DNA of 64,000 nucleotides from an uncultured Gemmatimonadales bacterium (GTDB lineage: Bacteria > Gemmatimonadota > Gemmatimonadetes > Gemmatimonadales > Gemmatimonadaceae). Shown in pieces: positions 10,734 to 20,928 of the stretch. The first letter of the stretch is position 1, and each line of letters opens with the position of its first letter. The stretch lies in the NCBI GenBank assembly GCA_963793305.1, contig CAWBZV010000003.1, positions 768,001-832,000 on the forward strand, read 5' to 3'. The notes beneath the pieces are model-generated. The model had not been told where the DNA came from and did no database searches. It saw only the letters and a list, made by a program, of their open reading frames with translations. The translations under genes and the position numbers were made by a program.

Positions 10734-11570
10734 AGGCCCTTGAGCGCCGCCGCCAGTGAGAAATCCTGTCGACGCGCGATCCACGACGAGCCGACCTCCG
10801 GCACCCGCGTCGACAGCATCGCGAAGATCAACGCGCCGCCCACCACCTGCCCGAGCGGCGAGCCTGGACCGAACAGCTGGTCCGCGCGAATGAGATCGAT
10901 CCACCCGCGCGAGAGCTCGCTCCCCAAACTCACCATCAAATACAACAGAAAAATCTTCACCCCGACATGCACCGCGTAACTCAAGAACCCCTCGGCGATC
11001 CCCGCCGTCCCCCGAAACGCCGCAAACCCCAGAAACACCACACCGCCACTCAGCACGACGTAGCTCTCGACGAGCACCAGCACGAGCTGCGCGGCCACCG
11101 TCACGTAGGCGAACAACACGAGACACGCCGAGAGCCCAGCGACGATCGCCATCGCGGGGTTCGAGAGCACGCCGACGACGTTCGAGCGACGACAAGAGCT
11201 TGCCGGAGAGCGCGACGCCGATGTCGATCACGTCCGAGGGGTTGACCGTGCCCGGTGCGCCGATCGCGCGCTCGCCCGCGGCCGCGAACCCCGCCACGAA
11301 TGGCGGCATCCAGAACGCGAACGACGTGATCAGCGACAACAGCACCGCCAACAGCATGAACTTGAGCACGAACCGCGCGGCGACTTCGTCCAACGCGTTC
11401 CGCCGAAACCCGTACACCAGCGCCGAGATCGCGACCTCGACCCCCGCCAGAATCGCGAACGTGCGCTGCGCGACCGGAACGAGACGCGCAAGCCAGACGT
11501 GCGAGGCCGCGGCGTAGGCGCTCCCGATCCCGTCCAGGATCTGGCCGCCGGCGTCAGTGGGGAGCTGCAT
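10730..11570 (-). CDS. trbL: T4SS TrbL/VirB6, one frameshift near 11180
   Basis: Polytopic membrane protein; NPSDVIDIG, then ORF 10730-11170 with VESYVVLSGGVVFLGF. Confidence 0.82.
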
Positions 11571-12180
11571 ACGATACCAGTGGTCGATGCGCCGGCGCCG
11601 TCGCCATCGCCGACCAAAGCGCTCGCGCATTCTCATCCGACTCGGCCTGCGCATTCACCTGATGCGCATAGTACACCGCCTCGGCGCTCGTCTGCGCCGC
11701 CACGGCTTGTCGCAAGAGCGTGAGCTCCTGGGCCGTGTACACGTGGATCGTGTTCGCGAGCTCCAGCGACTCCTCGTGACCCTGCGAGGCCGCGACCTGT
11801 GGTTGGAACCGGTCGAGTTGCGCGGCCCCCGGCGCAACGGTCGATGACGACGCGCGGGCGCCGTCGAGAACGCCCGCCAACGTCGACAACGTCGAGCGCG
11901 AACGAGCACGATCGTCCGCCGGGAAATCGCGTGTGGCGACGGCACCCGGGAACACCGATGAGAACCGGCGACTCAAATCTGTCCCCGGCGACTGGGACGC
12001 GGTGACCGTGGATACCACCGACGATATGTCCCGCCACTCCGGAGACCTAAGCTTCCGCAACGCTTGCTCCGCCAACTTGATCTGCTCAACGGCCTTCACG
12101 ACATGCAGAACGTTCTCGGCGTAGTTCGTGGGGTCGAATACGGCGAGTTGAGCGAGTACCAGACTAAGACACAGGTGCAT
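11554..12180 (-). CDS. trbJ: T4SS TrbJ/VirB5
   Basis: AVFDPTNYAEN motif after a short signal; lies between trbE and trbL. Confidence 0.8.
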   Translation of the reverse strand: MHLCLSLVLAQLAVFDPTNYAENVLHVVKAVEQIKLAEQALRKLRSPEWRDISSVVSTVTASQSPGTDLSRRFSSVFPGAVATRDFPADDRARSRSTLSTLAGVLDGARASSSTVAPGAAQLDRFQPQVAASQGHEESLELANTIHVYTAQELTLLRQAVAAQTSAEAVYYAHQVNAQAESDENARALWSAMATAPAHRPLVSYAAPH

Positions 12181-14540
12181 CGGAACCTCCCAGCCAATGG
12201 TCGAGCCACGCGGCTCCGTGTTCGTGCATCGCTCGAGTTGCCCCGGCGCGAACGGCATCGCCAGAAGCCAGCAATGCGCGCGCGACGGGCCCAAGCGAGA
12301 GCTCGAACAAACGGCTGCCACGGGGCGAAGTGAAGTAGTAGTCACGCTTGGGCGCGGCGCGGGCGATCAACGAGATCTCGCGCGCCGTGAGGCCAAGGCC
12401 GGCGTAGATCGCGGCCGTGTCCGGTGAGGCGGCGTCGGCGTTCGGGAGATAGATCCGCGTGGGACACGACTCCCAGATGATCGGCGCCCCCGACAGCTGC
12501 GTCACGTTGTGGGCGACGAGAACGACGGCCGCGTTCTGTTTTCGGAGCGTCAGCAGCCACTGCTTGATCCGCGCGGCGAACGCCGAGCGCATGAGCGGTG
12601 CCCAGACTTCTTCGATCACGATCAGCGCCGGGCGACCGTCGAGGCGGCGCTCGACCTGGTGGAACAACGCCAGCAACGTCGGCACGAGCACGCGGTCGTC
12701 CATGTCCAGCAGCGATCGGAGCTCGAACACCGTGTAGTGCGACTCGCCACTCTCCGCGTCCGCTACGCCATCCAACACGCCGGCATACGCGCCGCCCTTG
12801 ATGTACGACACGAGCGACGCCACCACCGACGCGTCCTGCACCTGCCGCGCGAGCTCGGCCAACGTCCGATGCTCCGGCTCGCACCCGGCCAACAATGTCA
12901 GCGCGCGCTCGATCGCGTTCCGCGACCGCCGGTCTGACTCGCCGACCAACGTCTCGACCCACTCGGCGCACCACGCACGCTCCGCCGTATCATCGACATG
13001 ACGCAACGGTTGCAACACCGCCGCTACCCCGCCCGCCGACAGGTCCACGTGCCGCCCACCGAGCGCGTGGCACAACACCCACGCCGAATACCCGACATCG
13101 AACAGAAATACCCGCGCGTCCGGATACCGGAGAAACTGCGCCGTGAGCAGCCCGACCAACGTCGACTTCCCCGCACCCGTCTGCCCGACAATGAGCGCGT
13201 GCCCGACATCGGACACGTGCAGGTTGACCCGAAACGGAGTCGAGCCATCGGTCGCCGCCCACAACAACGGCGGGCTCTCCGGCGGATAATACGGACACGG
13301 ATTATGCGCGAGCCCCGGCCACGTGCTCGTCACCGGCACGAGATCCGCGATCGCCGCCCCACTCACCACCGGCCGCCGCACGTTCGGCGCGCCGTGCCCG
13401 GGCAACGTGCCCAGAAACGCGTCGACCGCGTTCACCGTCTCGATCCGCGCCCCAAACCCGGCATCACCAAACGCACGCACGATCGACGTGGCCACCGCAT
13501 CGGCGACCTGAGGATCGTCCTCGATCACCACCGCGATCGCGTTGTACACGCAAAACCGCGCGCGCCCGCTGGCGTTCTCCGTCGCCGCCGCGGCCGCATC
13601 GTGCGCCATCCGCGTGGCGTCGTTGTCCAACCACATGCTCTCCCGCGCCGACTCACGACTCGCCATCTCCTGCACCCACTCGGCCGCTCCCTTCCGCTTC
13701 TGAAACCACCGCAACTGATGCCGCCGAATCAATCGCGACGCGGTAGCCTGCGACAGCGGCAGAATCCGGTGCGACCACCGATACGCCGCCGGCAAACTCG
13801 CGATCGGCTCCAACACGCCGGGCGACGAAAGCTCTGGCCACCCCATCACCGCCACACACCGAATCGCCCGCCCGCCGATCGTGGGCTCGAACCCGCCGAC
13901 GAGCTCCTGCGTCGCAAGCGCGAGGTTCAAGTACACACCACCCGGCGGCGCGCGAAGCGGAGACGCCGAGCCGGTGAGACACCCATGCAGATGCGTCACG
14001 AGCGCGTCCGCGCCCAACGGCTCGAGCACGAGACGGTGCCCAAGCCGGTCGGACAACGCGCGCAACGACCGGCGATACGCGCCGAGCACCCCGTTCCAAT
14101 CCACCCGAGCTCCACGACGTCCCGAGAGCAACAACGCCCTCGCCCGCGAATCCGCCTCCGACGGCGGGAGCCACGAGACGCTCAACACATACGACGTTCT
14201 CATATCGCCGCCCCGCACTCGCGTACGCCGCCCGACGCTCCTCATCGATCAGCGCCGCCGCCCGACACGGAAACTCCCCCTGCGGATACGGCGCGGCCGG
14301 CCGCCGCACCGCGTCCAGGTGCCAACACCAGTCGTCCCCATACGCCAACAGCGCGTCGTTGAACGTCCGCGACAACGCCTCCCGCTCGGCGTCACTCGCC
14401 GCCGTCACATCCGGCCCGTGATAGCTGAACGCCGAGAGCAGCGCGCCGTCTTTCTGCAAGATCACGCCGTCGTCCACCATGAACGCCCAGTTCAGGAGAT
14501 CGGCGACGCCTTGGGGTCTCGAACGATGCTCAGCGAGCAT
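12164..14540 (-). CDS. trbE: T4SS ATPase TrbE/VirB4, one frameshift near 14210
   Basis: DLLNWAFMVDDGVILQKDG...YHGPD; DVGHALIVGQTGAGKS, IEEVW, WLLTLRKQN, ESCPTRIYLPN. Confidence 0.92.
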
Positions 14541-14796
14541 ACCCGTGCGGCGGATAGTAGTCCGCGAACCGAAGCGACCGGATGTACACCGCCGTAATCG
14601 CCGGATCGACCGCGGTCGCGCGCGCCATCGCCCAATGCACGCCACCGAGGTAGACGGCCGCAAGCGCGATCGTCGTCACGTGGAGCCCGACGACGATGAG
14701 CAGCCCAAGCGTTGCCGCGCCCTCGGTGATCGCCACCGCGGGCTCGACCCCGGCGAACAAAACGCTACGATGAAGCGAAGCGTGAATCACAGCCAT
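14530..14796 (-). CDS. trbD: T4SS TrbD/VirB3
   Basis: IHASLHRSVLFAGVE, two TM segments, DP...YIRSLRFADYYP. Confidence 0.85.
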   Translation of the reverse strand: MAVIHASLHRSVLFAGVEPAVAITEGAATLGLLIVVGLHVTTIALAAVYLGGVHWAMARATAVDPAITAVYIRSLRFADYYPPHGYAR

Positions 14797-14834
14797 GCAG
14801 AGTTCACAGTAGTTCGCGATGCGCCGACCCCGCG

Positions 14835-15137
14835 CTACACCGTCGCCCCCGCAAACTGCAGCAACCCCACGATCTGCACCGCCCCAAACATGAGCGCAAT
14901 CGCGAAGATGGCCTGCCCGATGCGCCGCGCCCCTTCCTCGTGCCGCGTAAACCCCCACACGACACCGCCGATCACGAGCATGAGCCCCGCCATGACGCGC
15001 GCCGTCGGCCCCGTGAGGTTCGCCAGCAGCGTCGAGAACGGCGCGTTCCACGGCATGTCCGTGCCGCCCGTACCCGCGTGCGCGAGCCGCGGCCACAGCG
15101 ACAACCACAGCGCGATCAGGGAAAGTCGAGCTCGCAC
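14835..15137 (-). CDS. trbC: T4SS pilin TrbC/VirB2
   Basis: Signal AHA, GTGGTDMPWNAP...LTGP, two hydrophobic helices. Confidence 0.9.
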   Translation of the reverse strand: MRARLSLIALWLSLWPRLAHAGTGGTDMPWNAPFSTLLANLTGPTARVMAGLMLVIGGVVWGFTRHEEGARRIGQAIFAIALMFGAVQIVGLLQFAGATV

Positions 15138-16075
15138 TGGTCCTCCACCGGATCGATGATGAACCGCCCCGCCTCATCCAGCCCGACCACTCGGACGAGG
15201 CTCTTCACTCGCCGCCCCGGCCCCATCATCACGATCCAGTCCACCGCCTCCACGATGAGCGCGGCCTGCGATGGCACGTTCGCCCGCTGCGCAAGCCGAT
15301 CGAGCCGCGCCAGCGCCCCCGCGGGCGTCATCGCGTGCAGCGTCGCGACGCCGCCCGGATGCCCGGTCGCCCACGCGTCGAGGAGATCGAGCGCGGCCTC
15401 GTCGCGCACCTCGCCGACGATGATCCGGTCCGGACTCGCGCGGAGCGTCGCCTTGACCAGCTGCGCGAGCGTCCCGCCAACCGGCGTCCTGAGCGCCAGA
15501 TGATCGTCCGCCACGCACTGGAGCTCGGCCGTGTCCTCCAAGATCACGATGCGCTCGGACGGGAAGATCGCCGTGATCTCGTGGATGACGGCGTTGGCGA
15601 ACGTCGTCTTCCCCGAGTTCGTGCTGCCGCACACGAGAATGCTCTCGCGACTCCTGATCGCGGACCCGAGTCGCTGGCGATGCGCCGGCCACAGCGCCAG
15701 GCGCGCCACGTAGTCGTCGAGCCCGTACACGATCGCCGGTGGCTTCCGAATCGTGAACGCGGGCTCACGCGTCACCGGCGGCACGAACCCTTGCAGCCGC
15801 GCCCGCCGGAAGAACTCGTCCGGCAGCGTCGTCTGCAGGAACGGCGACTCGGACTTGAGCAACACGCCCTCACGCGCGGCGGCCGCGTTCAAGAACATCT
15901 CGACCTGCTCACTCTCGAGCGTGCACGGGAACGACGTGCGCCCGGCCGAACGCGTCTCGAGCCGCACTTGATGGTCGTGCGGGTTGACGTACACCTCGGT
16001 CACGTCCGGGTCCGTCAATGCGCCCGCTATCACCGGCCCGAGGTGCCGGAGCAGCGGTTCAGCTTCGTCGATCAC
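15116..16075 (-). CDS. trbB: T4SS ATPase TrbB/VirB11
   Basis: DPDVTEVYVN, TIRK, GSTNSGKTT, LEDTAEL, PDRIIVGEVR, WATGHPGG. Confidence 0.94.
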   Translation of the reverse strand: MIDEAEPLLRHLGPVIAGALTDPDVTEVYVNPHDHQVRLETRSAGRTSFPCTLESEQVEMFLNAAAAREGVLLKSESPFLQTTLPDEFFRRARLQGFVPPVTREPAFTIRKPPAIVYGLDDYVARLALWPAHRQRLGSAIRSRESILVCGSTNSGKTTFANAVIHEITAIFPSERIVILEDTAELQCVADDHLALRTPVGGTLAQLVKATLRASPDRIIVGEVRDEAALDLLDAWATGHPGGVATLHAMTPAGALARLDRLAQRANVPSQAALIVEAVDWIVMMGPGRRVKSLVRVVGLDEAGRFIIDPVEDQCELDFP

Positions 16076-16130
16076 TCTAGCCTCCTGTCGAATGTCCCTA
16101 CTTCATACGACAGGGCTCCCCTCGAATTAA

Positions 16131-16749
16131 TCAACGGACCTGAACCGTATCCCCCGCATGCAGCAACCGGCCGGGCGCGACCAGCACGGTCCCTTCTTCG
16201 ACCGACACTCGTACCGTTGGCTCCCAAGGGTTCGCGCGCACCGTGAATATCGTGCCGACCGCGGTAATCGTCGCGTCGCCCGCGTGCACTTGGAAGGGAT
16301 GCGCGGCATCGGGCCGCACCAGGAACCGCGCCTCGCCTTCGAGATCGACCACGCGTGGTGGACGGAAGAACGACACGCGATAGCGCACACGCGCGAGCGG
16401 TTCCAGCACCGCGCGCGAGCCATCCGGCAGCCGAACCGTCGCTGGGCCGAGGTAGCGTTCATCGACATGCGCCGCGATCACCGGCGCGACACTCAGGTAC
16501 GTCACTATGCCGAACACGAGGAGCGCCGCTACGCCAACGATCACTTCCAGTCGACGCAGCGTCCGACGCACCGTGAGACGCGCCGTGAGCTCCCCCCATC
16601 CCTGATCGACGTTCGAGCGCCGGTGCCGGTGGCAGCGCGCTCTCGGCCAACGCCAACAATCGCGCGGCACGCTCGCGCGCGGGATCGCCTTCGATCTCGC
16701 CCGCGAGCACCTCGAGGTACTCGGCGTCGTCGCGCGGCAGCTCGGTCAT
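16131..16749 (-). CDS. Short FecR-like anti-sigma factor, probable frameshift near 16605
   Basis: ATG 16749 overlaps the sigma stop (MTELPRDD..); TM segment then LPDGSRAVL, LEGEARF, AVGTIFTV, VSVEEGTV. Confidence 0.78.
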
Positions 16750-17321
16750 CGCGAGTCCAAAACCTTCGCCAGCGTGTCCGCCCACTCGGTATCGGCGAGA
16801 CCGCGCGCCAGCAGGTGGAGGGCGCGTGCGTGATGGCGGTTCACGGTGATCACCGAGAGTCCGAGTGCCGTGGCAATGGCCCGCGTGTCCAGGCCATCCA
16901 CGTGGTACAGGAGATAGACTTGGCGGCATCGCTTCGGCATCGCCTCGATAATCGACGCGACCCGTTCCTCGAGCTCGCGAACCACGGGACGGTGCGGCCC
17001 GGAGTTGTCCACCGTTGGCTCCCATTCAGACAGTGGGGGGTCGATCGCTCGCCGGCGCTTGACCCCCAGTTCCGGGGCGCGATTGTTGACGGCGCCGAAC
17101 AGGTAACTCGAGAGGCTATCGCGCACCGACCAGCGCTCGCGCGAGCGCCAGAGGGCCAAGAAAACGTCCTGGACCAGCTCCTTGGCGTCCTCGATCGCCA
17201 GCCCGCCAATCCGGCGGGCGAACTTGACCAGCAACGGCCAATACGCCCGGTACAGCGTCTCGAACGCCTGCCGGTCGCCCGCGCGGACCGCGGCGATCAA
17301 GGCCTCTTCTTCGCGTTGCAT
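16746..17321 (-). CDS. ECF sigma-70 factor
   Basis: GDRQAFETLY, AKELVQDVFLALW, region 4 IATALGLSVITV. Confidence 0.93.
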   Translation of the reverse strand: MQREEEALIAAVRAGDRQAFETLYRAYWPLLVKFARRIGGLAIEDAKELVQDVFLALWRSRERWSVRDSLSSYLFGAVNNRAPELGVKRRRAIDPPLSEWEPTVDNSGPHRPVVRELEERVASIIEAMPKRCRQVYLLYHVDGLDTRAIATALGLSVITVNRHHARALHLLARGLADTEWADTLAKVLDSR

Positions 17322-17334
17322 GTGACGTTTTTGA

Positions 17335-18639
17335 GTGCCGGTCGTATCCCGCCAGATGACCCTTGCGCGCGAAGCTGGTGGGTCAGCGTCTACTCGGCAA
17401 GATGGCGATGATGCGGTTGATCGAACGACGCGTCACCGCTGTCATCCGCGTTCCCGCGCCCTCCTGATCTGCCTCTTCCCCGCCATCACCGCATGCGCGA
17501 GGCACGCCGCGCCATCGCCGGGAATCACCGCCGCACCGCCTGCGGCGCCGGCCGCGTACCTGCCCGCGCACAACGTCGTGAGCGGGAGCCTCGCGCAACG
17601 ACGCGCGACGTTACAACGGGTGCTCGACGCCTACCGGACGCGGAGCGCCGTACCAGGCGCCGTGATCGCCGCGCGGTTCTCCGACAACACGACCATCGCC
17701 GTTGCCTCCGGCCTCGCCGATCGCGAGCGCGGCACAACCATGCCGGCTGAGGCACGGATGCTGGCCAGCGGCGCGGCCAAAACGTTCTACGCGGCGCTGG
17801 CTATGGAGCTCGTCGGCGAAGGACGGCTCAACCTCGACACGCCGATCACCGCGTATCTCCACGGCGCGCCATGGTTGCATCGCCTGCCCAACGTCGACCA
17901 CGTGACCACGCGCATGCTCATGCTGCAGACGAGTGGATACGGCTCGTATACGCAGGCGTTCTACGACGATCTCGCGAAAGAGCCCCTCAGACCTCGCGAG
18001 CACATCGAGATACTAAAATCGCTCTTCGATACTCCACCCAAAGCCGAACCCGGCGAGCGGTTCGAGCCAAGTGACCTCGACTACGATCTGTTGGCCGTGG
18101 TCGAGGAAGCCGTCGCGCACGAGAGTCCGTACGCCGAGATCGACCGGCGGTTCATACACAAGTTCGCGCTGCGAGAGACGGTGCCCGTGCACGGCCCGCG
18201 CGTCGAAGGGCTCGTGCCTGGATATCTCGGCGTGGAAAGTCCTGTCGGGAATGTCCTCACCAGTGACGGCACCTTGGTCGTGAACCCTCAATACGAGTGG
18301 GCCGGCGGTGGCTACGTGTCGACGGCCTCGGACCTGGCGCGATGGATGGGCGCATACTGTCGCGGCGAAGTGCTCTCGCCCAAGCTCTGGGCCGAAGTCG
18401 TCCGCGGCGTCGACGCGCCCGGTGGTCAGTGGGGACTCGGCCTCTGGATCGAGCACACACCGCTCGGGCCGGCGTATCGCGCCCAAGGCATGTTCCCAGG
18501 CTATCGCACTGAAGTGCGGTGGTACCGGGATCTCGATCTCGCGGTGGCCATCCAGGTGAACATCTCCGACAGCGACCCCCTGGCCGCCGTCCTCGACGAG
18601 GCGGCACGCGCCTTATCAGCTTCGCCAACTAACAGCTGA
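17335..18639 (+). CDS. Beta-lactamase-fold (class C/serine hydrolase) lipoprotein with degenerate catalytic motifs
   Basis: Lipobox-like ITAC; GLAD, LNLDTPI, TTRMLMLQTSG, AGGGYVSTASDLARW; start uncertain. Confidence 0.8.
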   Translation: MPVVSRQMTLAREAGGSASTRQDGDDAVDRTTRHRCHPRSRALLICLFPAITACARHAAPSPGITAAPPAAPAAYLPAHNVVSGSLAQRRATLQRVLDAYRTRSAVPGAVIAARFSDNTTIAVASGLADRERGTTMPAEARMLASGAAKTFYAALAMELVGEGRLNLDTPITAYLHGAPWLHRLPNVDHVTTRMLMLQTSGYGSYTQAFYDDLAKEPLRPREHIEILKSLFDTPPKAEPGERFEPSDLDYDLLAVVEEAVAHESPYAEIDRRFIHKFALRETVPVHGPRVEGLVPGYLGVESPVGNVLTSDGTLVVNPQYEWAGGGYVSTASDLARWMGAYCRGEVLSPKLWAEVVRGVDAPGGQWGLGLWIEHTPLGPAYRAQGMFPGYRTEVRWYRDLDLAVAIQVNISDSDPLAAVLDEAARALSASPTNS

Positions 18640-18660
18640 GGCCGGTCAAGATCTGTCCGG

Positions 18661-20148
18661 TTGCTGCCACGCCACGACATATTGCCAGGTGTGGAGAGGA
18701 GCGTAGGCGCTGATGTCGAATGGACCTATAACGTCCATACCGGCACGGTGAAAATGAGCGAGGCTCTAGAGACAGCGTTCGGTTGGTCTCCCGCCAGCGC
18801 TAAGCCCCGCCGTTGGTGGATCGATCGGGTGCACCCCGATGACCGCGAGCGCGTCATCGTCAAGACCGACGACATGCTGCGCGGCGACGAGAAAGCGTGC
18901 GGGCTGTCTTATCGGTTCCGACATAAGAGCGGGCAATACGTGCGCGTCCTCGACCGGTGGTCGGTCGAACGCGACGGCGAAGGTCGGGCAACCCGCGTCA
19001 CCGGCACCATGGTCAACCTGTCGATGCGCGGCGCGACGCTCGATGCGGCCCGACTCCGATTGGCGCTCGCCGCGGGCCAGGTCGGCACGTGGGACTGGGA
19101 CCTCACCACCAACGAGTGGACCCTCGACGCCCGCGGCCGCGCCATCCTCGGCCTCTCCGACACGGGCCCCGAACAGTTCCTGCGCACCGTGCACCCGGAC
19201 GACCGCGAGCGCGTCTCGGCCCGCCTCGGTCAAATCCAGTCTGACGCCGAAAGCGACTACGACGACACCTTCCGCATCATCCGCCGGCCCGAGGGCCTGC
19301 GATGGGTCGCCGTCAAAGGCAAAGTCGTGAGCGACGGCGACGACCGGCGGCTCCTCGGCACAATAGTCGACGTCACCGACCGGCGCGCGTACGAAGTCCA
19401 AGTCCTCGCGGCCGAGGCGGCGAAACGCAACGACGCCGAGGAGGCGAACAAGGCCAAGTCCGAGTTCCTGGCGGCGATGAGCCACGAGCTCCGCACACCG
19501 CTCAACGCCATCGCGGGCTACACCGAGCTCCTGGAGCTCGGCGTCCACGGCGAGCTCACCGATGCACAGCGCGAAGACCTCCGCCGCATCCGCCACGCCA
19601 GCGGCCACCTGCTCGGTCTCATCTCCGATATCCTCGACTTCACGCGCATCGAGGCCAAACGCATCGAGCTCAAGATCCGCGACGTCGAGCTCGACCCGGT
19701 GCTGACCGAAGCGTTCGCGATGATCGAGCCGCAAGCGCGGTCGAAAAACGTGACCGCGACATACACCGGCGCGCCAGGCGGCTGCACCACGAGAGCGGAC
19801 GCGGAGCGCGTACGCCAGATCGTCCTCAATCTCCTCTCCAACGCCGTCAAGTTCACCCGCGGGGGCGGCTGCGTCGCGCTCGGCTGCGAAGTGATCACGG
19901 CTGGGCCGATGCAGATCACCGTCACCGACACGGGTCGCGGCATCCCGCCCGACAAGCTCGAGGCGATCTTCGAGCCGTTCGTCCAAGTCGGCCGCGCCCT
20001 CGCGCCCGGCGAGCACGCCGGCGTCGGACTCGGCCTCGCCATCAGCCGCGAGCTCGCGCGACGCATGGCCGGCGATCTCACCGTCGTCTCCGTGCACGGC
20101 GAGGGATCGACATTTACTCTGACGCTGCCCGCTGGTGGAGACGCCTGA
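18661..20148 (+). CDS. PAS-PAS histidine kinase
   Basis: Two VHPDDRERV PAS/PAC units; MSHELRTPL, NLLSNAVKFT, DTGRGI, GLGL. Confidence 0.95.
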   Translation: MLPRHDILPGVERSVGADVEWTYNVHTGTVKMSEALETAFGWSPASAKPRRWWIDRVHPDDRERVIVKTDDMLRGDEKACGLSYRFRHKSGQYVRVLDRWSVERDGEGRATRVTGTMVNLSMRGATLDAARLRLALAAGQVGTWDWDLTTNEWTLDARGRAILGLSDTGPEQFLRTVHPDDRERVSARLGQIQSDAESDYDDTFRIIRRPEGLRWVAVKGKVVSDGDDRRLLGTIVDVTDRRAYEVQVLAAEAAKRNDAEEANKAKSEFLAAMSHELRTPLNAIAGYTELLELGVHGELTDAQREDLRRIRHASGHLLGLISDILDFTRIEAKRIELKIRDVELDPVLTEAFAMIEPQARSKNVTATYTGAPGGCTTRADAERVRQIVLNLLSNAVKFTRGGGCVALGCEVITAGPMQITVTDTGRGIPPDKLEAIFEPFVQVGRALAPGEHAGVGLGLAISRELARRMAGDLTVVSVHGEGSTFTLTLPAGGDA

Positions 20149-20494
20149 GGCGATCGTCGGAGCCGTCCGCGCGCTCATCGACTACGAGGCGTCGATGGCC
20201 GACTACGTCGCGCTCGCGCGCCGCGTCACTTCGTCGGGCTCCCTCAAGCGCCTGACCGCGGACCGCGCGCAGCTCGCCGGCGACCGCCGCCGCGTGCGGC
20301 GCGAGCTCAAGGCGATGCTGGCCGACTACTGCGCCGCGCTCAAGGCCGAGGGCATACCGCCCGAGCGCATGGTGATCGCGATCAAGGACCTCGCGGTCGT
20401 GGCGCTCGGTGCGCAGCAGACGTTGCAGACGAACGCATTGCGCGGCGATCTCCTCGCGTGGGCGATCGAGGGATACTACGCCGTCCCGGATTGA
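20135..20494 (+). CDS. Hypothetical helical protein
   Basis: Overlaps the kinase stop; host-like codon usage; GIPPERMVIAIK. Confidence 0.6.
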   Translation: METPEAIVGAVRALIDYEASMADYVALARRVTSSGSLKRLTADRAQLAGDRRRVRRELKAMLADYCAALKAEGIPPERMVIAIKDLAVVALGAQQTLQTNALRGDLLAWAIEGYYAVPD

Positions 20495-20787
20495 GACACG
20501 TCAACCCAATCGATAAAAATTCTGATCATATCGACGAGATTGCGGCTGCCGCCATCACCGATGAAGTGTCCATCGGACACACGGCAGTAGAGCCAATCGT
20601 CGTCGCCGTTCTTCCAACGGACAGCCTCGAACGGCTTGCCCTCCACGGGAGTCTCCTCTATCGGAATGGAGACTCGCCACCCGGGATTGTCCACGTTGTG
20701 GATATTGATCCCATAGCTATGCTCCCAATCGCCATCGACGTTCGAGTGATACCAGTCCTGTAGCGCTTCGAGATAGTCTCGGCCCAT
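20476..20787 (-). CDS. Immunity protein Imm53
   Basis: LQDWY...DGDWEHSYGI...DNPGW (WE and PGW motifs). Confidence 0.85.
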   Translation of the reverse strand: MGRDYLEALQDWYHSNVDGDWEHSYGINIHNVDNPGWRVSIPIEETPVEGKPFEAVRWKNGDDDWLYCRVSDGHFIGDGGSRNLVDMIRIFIDWVDVSQSGTA

Positions 20788-20808
20788 GTGCGTCAGCTTC
20801 CTCGCATA

Positions 20809-20884
20809 TCAATTCGGAATTTCACCTGGCTGCGGAGGCCTCGCCGAGCCATCGGGCTCTTGGACGCGCGGTGTCTCGACCTGC
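20809..20884 (-). pseudogene. Possible remnant of a toxin C-terminus (Ntox24-like tail)
   Basis: Startless frame QVETPRVQEPDGSARPPQPGEIPN* directly upstream of Imm53. Confidence 0.4.
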
Positions 20885-20928
20885 CACCGAATCGTTCGTC
20901 GCGGCGAGCCAGGCGAACACGAGTGGGA

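Noticed and set aside
9354..11654. 766-aa VirB6-VirB8-VirB9 fusion
   Set aside because: Produced by frameshifts; each gene has its own start and motif-bearing C-terminus in another frame.
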